Assembly: GCA_951406725.2 (NCBI GenBank)
Contig: OX597814.1
Span: 102,982,001-103,046,000 of the forward strand
Source: Octopus vulgaris
Lineage: Eukaryota
Length of the DNA: 64,000 bases
Reading direction: 5' to 3'
The notes under the pieces were generated by a model. The model saw only the letters and a program-made list of their open reading frames with translations. It was not told the origin of the DNA and ran no database searches. Positions 22,275 to 34,404 of this stretch are shown piece after piece. The translations under genes were made by a program, and so were the position numbers. Position 1 is the first letter of the stretch; each line of letters opens with the position of its first letter.

Positions 22275-25083
22275 GATGGGGTTGGGGGCATGGGGATACT
22301 TCTTGTGGAGAAATGGGTTGATAAGGTAATCAAGGTAGTCAGAGTATGCGACAGAATACTTAAGATTAGATTAGTGCTTAATCATGGGTTAGCAACCATT
22401 ATCTCAGCCAGGGCTACCTGATGGACAGAAAGACTGATTTTATGACACCCTCTTGCAGACTACCTCACTGATGAATGACAGGGACCTTCTCTTTGTGGCT
22501 GGTGACTTCAATGGACATGTTGGACGACATGCAGGGGGCTTCCATGGCGTACATGGAGGCTATGGCTATGGTTCCTGCAACGAGGAAGGAACCAGGCTGT
22601 TGGAGTTCTGCAAATGATCTTATGGTTTGCAATATTAACTTCAGGAAACCTGCCAGTCACTTAGTCACCTACCAATCAGGCTGACATACTTGCCAAATTG
22701 ACTACATCCTTGCCAGAAAAAGGGAAAGATGGCTGCTTATAAATGCCCAAACCTTCCCAGGCAAAGAATGTACCCCACAACATAGACGTATTACTCGAAG
22801 TCTTTGATGAAATAGAAGGGGATATAGCTTCACACAATATAGAAGACAAATGGAGGTTTCTATGAGACAACATGTTGAAGGCCACTGACCAGATCTGTGG
22901 ATGGTGCAAAGTCCCCTCTCGACCCAAAATAACGTGGTGGTGGAACAATGTTGTTGACAGCACTATTAGAGAAAAGAAACAGGCTTGGAAGGAATGGAAG
23001 AACGGTGGTAGCAGGGAATTGTAACAGACTGCCTGAAGGGAAGATAGGAGACAGGTTATTTAGCCAGAGAGGAAGCACATAAGAAAAAATTTGCTAATCT
23101 TCTGCGCTGTGAAGACCAAAGATTTGAGGTATTTCGTGTTGCAAGACAGTGTGTGAGAGAGAAATGTGTCTGCATGGATGATGGCTCTCTTGCACTAAAC
23201 GAGGCTGCAAAGACAGAGGTTTGGAGATGCCAATATGAAAGGTTGCTCAATAAAGAGAATGAATGGGAGAAAGAGAGTCTGCTGAATGTCGACCCAACAG
23301 AGGGACCAGTTATCCGAATTGACAGTACCTTGGTAGATAAAGCAATTAAGAGTATGAAGACAGGGAAAGCCCCTGGCCAATCAGGAATCACTGCAGAGAT
23401 GCTCAAAATATCGGGCAATGTTGGCTATAGTCTAGTCAACCAGGTGATACATAAAGGGGTCATACCCAATGTCTGGTGTAGCAGCACCATAGGCAACTGC
23501 TACAAAGGTAAGGGTGACGCTTTAGATAGAAATAATTACAGAGGTATCAAGTTGTTGGATGAGGTAATGAAGGTCATGGAGAGGATCATAGCTCAGCTAA
23601 TTAGGGAGAGAGTTAGTTTAGATGAGATACAGTTTAGGTTCGTGCCAGGGAAAAGCACCACCAATACTATATTTCTGGTAAGGCAGTTTCAGGAGAAATA
23701 CCTAGCCAAAGATAAACCTCTGTACCTGGCTTTCGTTGACATAGAGAAAACCTTTGACAGGGTCCCCCGATTCCTTATCTGGTGGTCAATGAGGAAACTA
23801 GGGATAGATGAGTGGTTAGTGTGAGCCATGTACAGGGATGCTGTTAGTAAGGTGAGGGTTGGCAACGAGTACGCTGAAGAATTCCGGGTAGAAGTAGGGA
23901 TCTACCAGGGTTCAATCCTCAGCCCCCTCCTATTTATAATAGTACTCCAGGCAATAACAGAGGAATTCAAGACAGGATGCCCCTGGGAGCTTCTCTATGC
24001 TGATGACCTTGCTCTAATTGCTTAGTCACTATCAGAACTCAAGGAGAAGTTTCAGGTGTGGAAACAAGGATTAGAATCGAAGGGCCTTAGAGTCAACCTA
24101 GCTAAAACCAAAGTCCTAATAAGTAAGAAGGCAGACAAACCACAAATCCCTTCAGGTAGATGGCCCTGTTCGATCTTTTGATAAGGTGTTGGTAGAAACT
24201 CTATAAAATATACCCAGTGTAAGCTATGGACACATAAGAGATGCAGCAATATCAGAGGAAGGCTATCTGGGAAGATAGTTTTGTATGTGGCAGATGCTCA
24301 GGAGCAATAAACGCTGAAAATGTGCAGAGAACAACTATGCCACATTCCAGGGAGAAAAACTAGAAGTAGTTGATAGCTTCCGTTACCTTGGTGACCAAGT
24401 TGGTAGCAGGGGTGGGTGCTCTGAAAGTGTAACTGTTAGAATAAGAATTGCTTGGGCAAAGTTCAGAGAGCTACTACCTCTGCTGGTGACAAAGGGCATC
24501 TCGCTCAGAGTAAAAAGTAGACTGTATGACGCATGTGTACGAACATCCATGCTCCATACTTGACAGTGTAAGTACCTTGAGAGGAAAGTTGAACCTAAGA
24601 AGCATCAGATGTGGTGTGCAAGAGTGACAACTGCGTTGGTATGGTCATGCAGCAAGAATGGATGAGGATAGCTGTGTGAAAAAGTGTCACACCCTAACAG
24701 TTGAGGGAACCTGTAGATGAGGTAGACTCAGCAGGCAGAACAAGCGTGATTGTTACCAGCGTTGCCTTACTGGCAATTGTGTCAGTGGCATGTGAAAGAC
24801 AACATTCGAGCAAAGTTGTTGCCAGTGCCGCTGGACTGGCTCCTGTGCAGGTGGCATGTAAAAACACCTTTTGAGCGTGGCTGTTGCCAATACTGCCTGA
24901 CACGCCCTCATGCCGGTGGCATGTATAAAGCATGTGGTTGGCATTAGGAAGGACATCCAGCTGTAGAAACTCTGCCAGATCAGATAGGAGCATGGTGCAG
25001 GCATCTGGCTCACCAGTCCTCAGTCAAACCGTCCAGCCCATGCCAGCATGGAAAGCAGACGTTAAACAATGATGATGATGATA
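22275..25083 (+). mobile_element. Longest RTE LINE pseudogene in the window (APE, RT, PHD-like finger, 3' UTR)
   Basis: GILLVEKW, VAGDFNGHVG, IDYIL (APE); ORFs 23153 and 23828 (RT: YRGIKLL, FVDIEKTFDRVP, QGSILSPLLF, LYADD); (GAT)n tail. Stops and deletions present. Confidence 0.9.
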
Positions 25084-25084
25084 G

Positions 25085-26154
25085 GAGAATAAGAATAGCC
25101 TGGACAAAATTTAGAGAGCTCTTACTTTTGCTTGTGACAAAGGGCCTCTCGCTCAGAGTAAAAGGTAGACTGTATGATGCATGTGTATGAACAGCCATGC
25201 TACATGGCAATGAAACATCAGCCTTGACTGCTGTGGACATGCGTAAGCTCGCAAGGAATGAAGCCAGTATGCTCCGATGAATGTGTAATGCCAGTGTGCA
25301 TACTCGACAGAATGTTAGTGCCTTGAGAGAAAAGTTGGACCTAAGAAGCATCAGATACGGTGTGCAAGAGAGACGACTGTGCTGGTATGGTCATGTGACG
25401 AGAATGGATGAGAATAGCTGTGAGAAAAAGTGCCACACCCTAGTGGTTGAGGGAACCTGTGGAAGAGGAAGACCTGGGATGAGGTGGTGAAGCATGACCT
25501 TTGAACATTAGGTTTCACCGAGGCAATGACTAGTGACTGAGACCTTTGGAAATATGCTGTGCGTGAGATGACCTGGCAAGCTAAGTGAGTTCATAACCTC
25601 GTGGCCTATGCCAGGAGTGTAACCAGCCCACTTATGCGTACCTTTCCTTCATTGGACACTAAATTCTGCTTGCAAAGACCTGTTGAGGCAAGTGAAGTCG
25701 AAATCAAATTCGATGACTGGTATCCATGCTAGTGGAGCACTAAGAAAACCATTCGAGCATGACTGTTGCCAGAGCAACAAACTGGCTTCCGTGCCGGTGG
25801 CACGTAAAAAGCACCATTTGAGCATGATCGTTACCTGCACTTGTGCTGGTGGCACGTGAAAAAACATTCGAGCGAGGTCGTTGCCAGTGCCACTGGACTG
25901 GCTCCTGTGCAGGTGGCACATAAAAAGCACCATTTGAGCGTGGTTGTGGCCAGTACTGCCTGACTGGCCCTCGTGCCAGTGGCACGTAAAAGCACCCACT
26001 ACACTTTCGGAGTGGTTGGTGTTAGGAAGGGCATCCAGCTGTAGAAACTTTGCCAGATCAGATTGGGGCCAGGTGCAGCCATCTGGTTTGCCAGACCTCA
26101 GTCAAATCGTCCAACCCATGCTAGCATGGAAAGCAGAAGTTAAACGATGATGAT
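25085..26154 (+). mobile_element. RTE LINE 3' fragment in tandem with the previous copy
   Basis: RIRIAWTKFRELL..WYGHVTRMDE..GRGRP; ~60-bp tandem 3' UTR units; (GAT)n tail. Confidence 0.85.
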
Positions 26155-26155
26155 A

Positions 26156-26742
26156 GGATAATATGGCAAGAACGATCCATTTGTAGCTCTGTAGAAATCC
26201 TGGCCTACAAAGAGCAAAGATGTGGTATGCCTAAACTCCAGAAGAAGTTACGGAGAATTAAGATTTCAAAATCCTGTGAGATGCAATGATTCAGTGTGAC
26301 CATCAGATTAAACATTGGAAACCTGACATTGTTGTGGTGGACATAAGAGAAAATGCTTCCACGATAATCGATGTAGTATGTCTTGTGAACAACAGAATCA
26401 AAGAGAAAGAAGAAGTAAAAAATGAACAACTTTGATGACTTGAAGTGGGGAATATGGAAGTTGTGGGCAATGAAGAGAGTGGAGGTGATACTAGTAGTGA
26501 TTGGCATGCTTGGAAGTATCAGCATTCAACTACCAATATGGCTGAAAAAGATTGGTACAAATGTAAAGATAGAACACCTATGAAAATCATCATTGCTTGG
26601 AACTGCAAGAGTTCTCTGCAGGGTTCTTGAAGCATGATCAGTAAACAAGTGTCACCTTAGTCTGCTGGCTGTGGGCAGCTAAACACTTTCCATCACATCC
26701 AGTAAAATAAGCTGAGAATTTTCATCAAATAATAATAATAAT
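26156..26742 (+). mobile_element. R4/Dong-like non-LTR element, downstream piece (restriction-like endonuclease, (TAA)n end)
   Basis: DNMARTIH, IQCDHQIKHWKPDIVVVD, IIDVVC..RIKEKE, WKLWAMKRVEVILVVIGMLGS, LLGTARVL. Ends AATAATAATAATAAT. Confidence 0.75.
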
Positions 26743-27209
26743 GATTTAAGATACCATCCAGCAGATAAAAAGTTCACCATTGATTTATTGACAACTCATA
26801 AAATAATACTTGCTAGACAATAATCCAGCTGATTTCTGTAATTAGCTGGGCCTAACATGTGGTAGGTGCTCAGAGCACATACATGTGCAATATAATATAA
26901 CAAGTTAAAATGATAAGAAGGATAGAAATTTGATGTTTCTTATTTGGATAAATATTTAGCATTCAAATTACTCTCTCAAATATAACGCTTATTCGTATTG
27001 TTTTCAATTAATCCTGCATTATCTCATAGTTTCAAGATTTCGAAGATGTAATAATTTATTTCTAGAATGACATTGTAGGATAGGTGTGATAGGTTGGATC
27101 TGGTCAGTTGTACTTAGAACAGGTAGAAGTTTTTGGCCAGATTTGGCCTGTTTAGATATCATCCTTTTAATGGTTATTTGTGTGTTCCTCATAACAGGAC
27201 TGAAGCAGA

Positions 27210-27284
27210 ATGCTGACTCCACGATTTGAACTTAGTCAAGATGATGATTTCCTCCACATTATAATTGATGCTGTACTTGCTAAG
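27210..27284 (+). CDS. SHQ1: SHQ1 coding exon 1 (MLTPRFELSQDDDFLHIIIDAVLAK), CS domain
   Basis: Matches the conserved SHQ1 N-terminus MLTPxFxLSQ. Acceptor CAG ends at 27197; donor GTAAGT at 27285; phase 0. Confidence 0.95.
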
Positions 27285-27946
27285 GTAAGTTGTTGGCATT
27301 TGTTCTCTTATTAGTCATTGTGCTTTTTAAATAATAATGGTTTCTCATCATATTGATATGATAAAGCCAATTTTAGATGGCTGTTGTCATTTGAATGGTG
27401 ACTTAACATTTGAAGATATGAAACATCAAGCTGACTTTGGTAAGGTTTTCAATTCTTGTTCTAGTAAGATGAAACTAAATGTTGGGTTCAAACTTTTGGT
27501 ACAAGGCCAACAATTTCAAAGGATTTGGGTAAGTTGGATTACATTGACCCCTGTGCTAAACTGGTACTTATTTTTACCAACCCCGAAAGGATGGAAGGCA
27601 AGGTCCAGCAAAAGCTCCCTACTAAATGCTGAGTGTTAGGAAGCTTTCCCTGGATGTTACCCTGCTGCAAATCAATGTTTAAACAAAACACGTATATTAT
27701 GTATATGTGACCAATAATGTTACATTACTAGAGCTACTTTTCATAATTTAATATATATGTATGTGTATATATATATATATATATATCAAAAGTGCCTCTC
27801 TAATGTCTAAAACTGCAAACATTACATACATTTTCACTTTGAATTTTTGTGTAAATTAGAAGTGCATATAGAGTTGGTACAGAAACAGTTGTAATGCATA
27901 ATTGAGTTAAAGAATTTTCTTTATATTCTTATTATTCATGTGTGTA

Positions 27947-28006
<60 letters not shown>

Positions 28007-28970
28007 CCCTCTCATTCCAGGTCTTCCTGGGTCTACATCTGCCACAAGTTTCTACCACTGTTAGTGTGTGACACTTTTTTACACAACTGTCCTCATCCAT
28101 ATGTAAACACATGACCATACCAGTGCAGATGTCTCTCTTTGGAGATATGCTGTGATTGAGAAGACTCAGCAAGTCAAGTGAGATCGAAGCTGTGACTGAT
28201 GCCAGTGTTGCCCATTTACAAGTACCCCTCACTTGTTGGGCAATACGATGTGCTTGAGAAGACCTGTTGAGTCAAGTGAAATCGTAGTCGTGGCCAATGC
28301 CTGTGCTGGTGGCACATAAAAAGGACCATCCGAACGTGGCCGATGCCAGCGCCACCTTGGCTGGCTTCCATGCCAGTGGCACATAAAAAGCACCGACCGT
28401 CCGATCGTGGCCGTTGCCAGCCTCCTCTGACCCTTGTGCTGGTGGTACGTAAAAAGCACCCACTACACTCACGGAGTGGTTGGCGTTAGGAAGGGCATCC
28501 AGCTGTAGAAACACTGCCAGATCAGACTGGAGCTTGGTTCAGCCTCCTGGCTTCCCAGACCCCGGTCGAACCGTCCAACCCATGCTAGCATGGAAAACGG
28601 ACGTTAAACGATGATGATATATATATATATATACCGGTCATTTATAGAGGTTTTCCATTAATACATATTTTCATATTAATTGATAACATTATAGAGAGGG
28701 TAGATATATAGACAGAGATGAAAATATGTATTAATGGAAAACCTCTATAAATGACTGATGATTGCTCAACATTTTAAAACTGTTGTAATACTTACAATGT
28801 TTAATAAAATGATGTAGTGTGAAACGATCATACCAAATAACCGAAGATATTCTTGTTGCTTATTTTGATTATAATCACCCCATGGATTTATATGGATAAC
28901 ACCATACAAAATTCTGGTGCATCTAACTTAAGTACCATATTCATTTGAATCTAAATTTTGCTGAACTTAC

Positions 28971-29001
<31 letters not shown>

Positions 29002-30154
29002 CATACCTATACACATACACACACACATATATATCATCATCATTGTTTAGCGTCCGCTTTCCATGCTAGCATGGGCTGGACGGTTCAACTGGGGTCTGGG
29101 AAGCCAGGAGGCTGCACCAGGCCCAGTCTGATCTGGCAATGTTTTTACAGCTGGATGCCCTTCCTAACGCCAACCACTCAGTGAGTGTAGTGGGTGCTTT
29201 TTACGTGCCACCGACGCAGGTGCCAGACGAGGCTGGCAAACGGCCATGATCAGATGGTGACTTTTACGCGCCACCAGCACAGAGGCCAGGCGGGGCTGGC
29301 AACGGCCACGTTTGGATGGTTCTCTTACGTGCCCCCGGCAATTCTTACTCTAGCAGTTGCACTTTCAGCACATCCACCCCCGCTACTGACTTGGTCACCT
29401 AGGTAAAGGAACCTATCAACTATTTCTAGTTTTTCTCCCTGGAATGTGGCGGAGGTTGGTCTCTGCGCATTTTCTGTGTTTATTACTCCTGAACATCTGC
29501 CACTTACAAAAACTATTTTCCTAGTTAGCCTTCCTTTGACATTGCTGCACCTCTTATGTGTCCATAGCTTACACTGGGTGCATCTTATATATATAGGCAT
29601 GGCTGTGTGGTTAGGGAGCTTGCTTCCTAGCTGCATGGTTTCGAGTTCAGTCTCACCGCGTGGCACTTTGTGGAAAGTGTCTTCTGCTATAGCCCCAGGC
29701 TGACCGAAGCTTTGTGATTGAATTTAGTAGGCGGAAATTACTGCCGTGTGTGTATATATGTGTGTAGGTGCTTTTGCCTCTCCGAGAGAGAGAGAGAGAG
29801 AGAGGATATATATATTTATATATAATGTATGTATATGTGTGTGTGTGTGTGTGTGTATAGCAGTCAAGGACCTTTCTGCTGTCTTTGTAAGAAGAGACCT
29901 AAATTTTCAATTAGATGTGTTATTGATTGAAATAGCTTGCTTTATCAATGCTTGAGGGATAACAAAATTCAAATTGAAACAAATATGTGAAACTACATAA
30001 TCTGAGCCAAATTACTCTGTTGCCCCACAATTTCTTCTGGATAGTTGCTTCTTTTCAGTAGCAAAGTTGGAAGTGTGGGGAGATCTTATTCTATAGTGAG
30101 GAATTATCAGTTTTGAATTTAAATCCTTTTGTCTGTTTTCTCTATCTTTCTCAG

Positions 30155-30222
30155 ATTTCTGACACAGAAATTTTTATTGATGATGATGAGTTCATTTTTT
30201 ATTCCACACCCTATTATTTACG
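30155..30222 (+). CDS. SHQ1: SHQ1 coding exon 2 (ISDTEIFIDDDEFIFYSTPYYLR)
   Basis: Pyrimidine tract + CAG; F.FY..PYYLR motif; GTAAGT donor; phase 0 to 2. Confidence 0.95.
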
Positions 30223-31668
30223 GTAAGTTATCAAATTTATTTGAACCTGTTTGCATGAAATAGTTCTATCAAGCTCTAGGACTTAAGATTTGTTGACTTT
30301 TATTGATTAATTTTCATCACCATCAACCAGCATCCTTATAGTCAGTCTCTGTATGAAGAATACCTATTATCAAGATATTCCAATCATGACCATTACTGAT
30401 TGCATTATCCAATGTGGTCTGCCTTTCTTCTAAGACAGAAAAGGGAAATTTAAGGGAGACTTGACTGCTTGAAGCAGGTTGAAAATTGATGTGAAGCCTT
30501 CCTCATTGATTTGATTCTATTTTCATGTTTGGTAGATCTTCAGAATATCATATAACCATTCTTACCATAAGCATCTCTATTGAAATACTTGTAAAGTTCT
30601 CTAGAAGTGATTGAAAACAGTGGAAGTGATGTTTTGAAAGTAATTACAGTAATTACAGTTCAGTGAGCTGTTTACCTCTGTTAGGATGAAAGTCAGATGA
30701 AGCTTTGTAGTGGTGAGATGATGAACCAGGGTGAAGGTTGTGGTGGTGGTGGTGATGGTGGTGATAAAAATGAGTTGGACAGTAGGTAATGGAGAGCAGG
30801 GATTAGGAATGTACATGGGATGGAGTAAGTGTTGAGTGGCAGTACAGTAGATTGAACATCAGGAGAGTGAGAGTGATGATGGTGTGTGGGTGGCAAGGTT
30901 GAAAGAGCGAGTGCAGGTAGTAATATAGTGCAAAGAAAAGAAGCAGTGATGGGGTCAGTTCGTATTAAGTGGTCCGATAAAGAGGGAGAGAGAATTTGGT
31001 AACATAGGAGGTTGGGGGTGATTGCTGTAATTCGTGAATGAAGCAGGATAGGAATCAAGTGAAGTGATTCTGGTTTATAAGAAAGACAACTGGTTTCACA
31101 GAAAAGATGATAAAATGTAGATAAATACATTTTATATATATATACACACACAAACACATTGGCAGTCATAGCTGTGTGATTAAGAAGGTTGCTTTGGAAC
31201 CATGTGGTTAGGGATTCCATCCCTATTGCGTGAATGCCAACAGCTAATATCCTATAAATATTCTGTATTATAGCCATAGGTTAAACTAAGGTATATATAT
31301 ATATGTATCATCATCATCATCATTGTTTAACGTCCGCTTTCCATGCTAGCATGGGCTGGACGATTTGAATGAGGTCTGGCGAACCAGATGGCTGCACCAG
31401 ACTCCAGTCTGATCTGGCAGTGTTTCTACAGCTTGATGCCCTTCCTAATGCCAAACACTCCAAGAGTGTAAGTGGGTGCTTTTACGTGCCACCGGCATGA
31501 GGGCCAGTCAGGCGGTACTGGCAATGGCCACGCTTGAATCGTGTTTTTTACATATCACTTGCACAGGAGTAATGTGAATGCTAAGGGGTTAGTATCTTTT
31601 AAATATGTGACCGTATTTCGTTTTTCTTGACATATCAGTGCTAAACTATAATTCTTAACATTTCACAG

Positions 31669-31727
31669 ACTCCATCTCCCAGGAAAACTTGTTGAAGATG
31701 GCCGTGAGACATGCACTTATAACGATG
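31669..31727 (+). CDS. SHQ1: SHQ1 coding exon 3 (LHLPGKLVEDGRETCTYND)
   Basis: CAG acceptor; L.LPG..VE.G motif; GTAATA donor; phase 2 to 1. Confidence 0.92.
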
Positions 31728-32455
31728 GTAATATCAGCCATTTCTAATGTATTCTGTCTCTGAAACGTTTTGCTAAAGATTCTATTTTTTCTCTCATTCT
31801 GATTTGTGTTCATCAAGTGAAGATTTCATTGTCATCTTTTGTTCTTTTACTTGTTTCAGTCATTTGACTGTGGTCATGCTGGAGCACCACCTTGGAAGTT
31901 TTAATCAAACAAAGCAACCCCTAGTACTTATTTACTTTTTAAAACCTGGTACTTAGCTTTCGTTGACATGGAGAAAGCCTTTGACAGGGTCCCCCTGATC
32001 CCTTATCTGGTACTTGTTCTATTATAGTCTCTCTTGCAGAACCACTCGGTTACAAGCATGGAAGCAAACAAACCAACACCTGTTGTCAAGCAGTGATGGG
32101 GTCAAAACAAAGATACATAGATATAAACATGCATATATAAATATATATATATTTAATTTTATTTGTTAAGGAATAAAAATTCCAGCATAACAGGGGTTCA
32201 AATTATTCTCAGTGAAGAAATATATATTTTCATTTAGAGACAGTAGGCCCCTCCATCTCACCATATAAAAAAGAATTTTTTTAAGAAGGGTTCCAGCAAA
32301 ACACGGAGTGGTTTAGGAACTGGGAAATGTACCTCATGAAACACGTGTAGCCAAGTTATAAAATAGGTATTTAAAATAAAAAGTCTTTTTTATATGGTGA
32401 GATGGAGGGGCCTACTGTCTCTAAATGAAAATATATATATATGCACACACACATA

Positions 32456-33695
32456 CAGAGTGCGGTGAATAAACTGATGTTTAAATTACGCAAAAATGAA
32501 AGTAACACTGATATCTCATTTTAACAGATAAATTTATAAAAATTACTTTGAAAATATCTTGAAATACCAAACAGTAAATTTATTCCGTAAAATCGCCATT
32601 GGCTTCAACCATGACCTCCAAATGACTTCAGAATCTTCTGCAACTCTTCTGGATGGTCTCCTTGTTTAAGTTGGTGAATGCTGCCATAATCCTTGCCTTC
32701 ATTTCATCTTTTGTGTAACAAGGAGTTTTGTTAGTCTCTCACTCAACTGCATCCCACACATAATAATCAAGGGGGTTGTAGTCTGGTGAGTTAGGTGGCC
32801 AGATGTTAGGGGTGATGTAGTTGCAGAAATTGTCTGACAGTCATGACTGGGTTACCCTGCTTGTGTGGCCTGGTGTAGAGTCTTGTTAGCAGAAAGAGGA
32901 TCTTCCAGAAGCCACTCTGTTGACCCAGGTCAGCATTACCTCCTCCAGGCAATTGATGTGGGCCTCTGTGTTAAGTCTGAGGCCGTGTGGGAAGATGAAT
33001 AGAGACATAACATCGCCATCACTAGTGATCACTCCAAACACCATGATGTTGACTGGATGTTTGATTTCTATCACTCTCAGTACATGATTTTTAGGACTTG
33101 GCAAGCCAACATGTTCACCATCTGATCCTGGAAGAAATTTTTCTTGTCTGAGAAAAACCAAAGTATGTTCGGTTGGAAAGGATGCTTGAGTTTGTTCAAA
33201 AGCTTTGTAATGTGATCTTTCCTCTTCGCCTTGATGGCTTGGGATAAAAATTGGCCTTTTCTCATCTTGTGTGAGGAATACTGAATGTCATCATGCAAGA
33301 CACTCCCATGTCCCTGGTGATGGATCTGATTGACTTGGAGGGGGGATCGTTGGCAATCATGGCCTGGATCTCACCAACAAATTCATGAGTTCTTTCCTTA
33401 TCAGAATGATCAGAGTGAGTTTTCCAAGCTGCCATACCTTCATAATTACCATTAGATTCATCCAACTCTTTCTGAATCCTCTGCATTGTCTTCAGATTGA
33501 CACTCCATCATTGAAATGTTTGTATTGAAGCTTTCCAAATTTCTGGCAGAGTGAATTGTATCATGGTGCTGTTTTTCTCACAGACGGTGCACAGGTGACC
33601 CTACTATACTGTGTAGTTGACAAAATCAAAAACAGGCAATGTGCATGCATGAAATTAAAAATATAAACTGGCAACAATTTACCCATCACACCCTG
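32456..33695 (-). mobile_element. Full-length decayed DD37D (maT-type) Tc1/mariner transposon
   Basis: TA|CAG(A/G)GTG termini at both ends. Transposase motifs WFFSDKKNF, KHPVNIMVFGVI, QDSTPGH..WPPNSPDYNPLDY, with 37 residues between the last two catalytic Asp. In-frame stops. Confidence 0.85.
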
Positions 33696-33710
33696 TATAT
33701 ATGTATACGA

Positions 33711-33799
<89 letters not shown>

Positions 33800-33946
33800 A
33801 ACAACTTATAAACAAGGGAAAAAGAAAAAAATTTCTAATGCCAAATATGCCGAAACTAGACACAATGTCCATAACCATATAATTCATCACTATAAGCACG
33901 TGTCTCGAAGAAAACTGATAATAACGGAAAAATTCCGTTATTACCA

Positions 33947-34000
33947 TATCGGACCCGATTTCAGAGTTAGTTCATAAGAACCTTCTCTTCGTCAGTGATA
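33947..34000 (-). ncRNA. Type I hammerhead ribozyme-like motif
   Basis: rc = TATCA CTGACGA AGAG-AA-GGTTC-TTAT-GAACT-AA-CTCT GAAA TCGG GTC CGATA: intact CUGANGA, GAAA and GUC core; paired stem II; stem I TATC/GATA. Confidence 0.65.
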
Positions 34001-34340
34001 AATGCGGCAAAGGAATAAATGAAATACTTACTCATACCCATGGAAGAAGCAAACACTAAGTCATGAGCATAATTAAGTACCCCAAATATATCCAAAATAG
34101 AAATTCCCCAGCCCATTCAAGACACGTCCGATTCGAACTGAAAACTCTCAAAGAGTGAGAGAGTCCGGAAATGAACACTATTAAATTTACATCAAAATTT
34201 TATCAATGGCCAGCATATTAAAAAATACCTTTAAAGGTTAAATTTATATACAACTTATAAACAAAGGCAAAAGAAAAAAATTTCTTTTGCCCTTGTTTAT
34301 AAGTTGTTTATTTTTTCGAAAAAATTTTATCCTATATTAG

Positions 34341-34374
<34 letters not shown>

Positions 34375-34404
34375 ATGTATATATGTTTGTATATGTATGT
34401 GTGT

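Noticed and set aside
23153-24025. Active reverse transcriptase gene
   Set aside because: Interrupted by stops, frameshifts and deletions; no intact LINE ORF exists in the window.
30693-31277. 194-aa minus-strand ORF
   Set aside because: Crosses a SINE fragment, a microsatellite and a purine-biased low-complexity tract; no recognisable protein.
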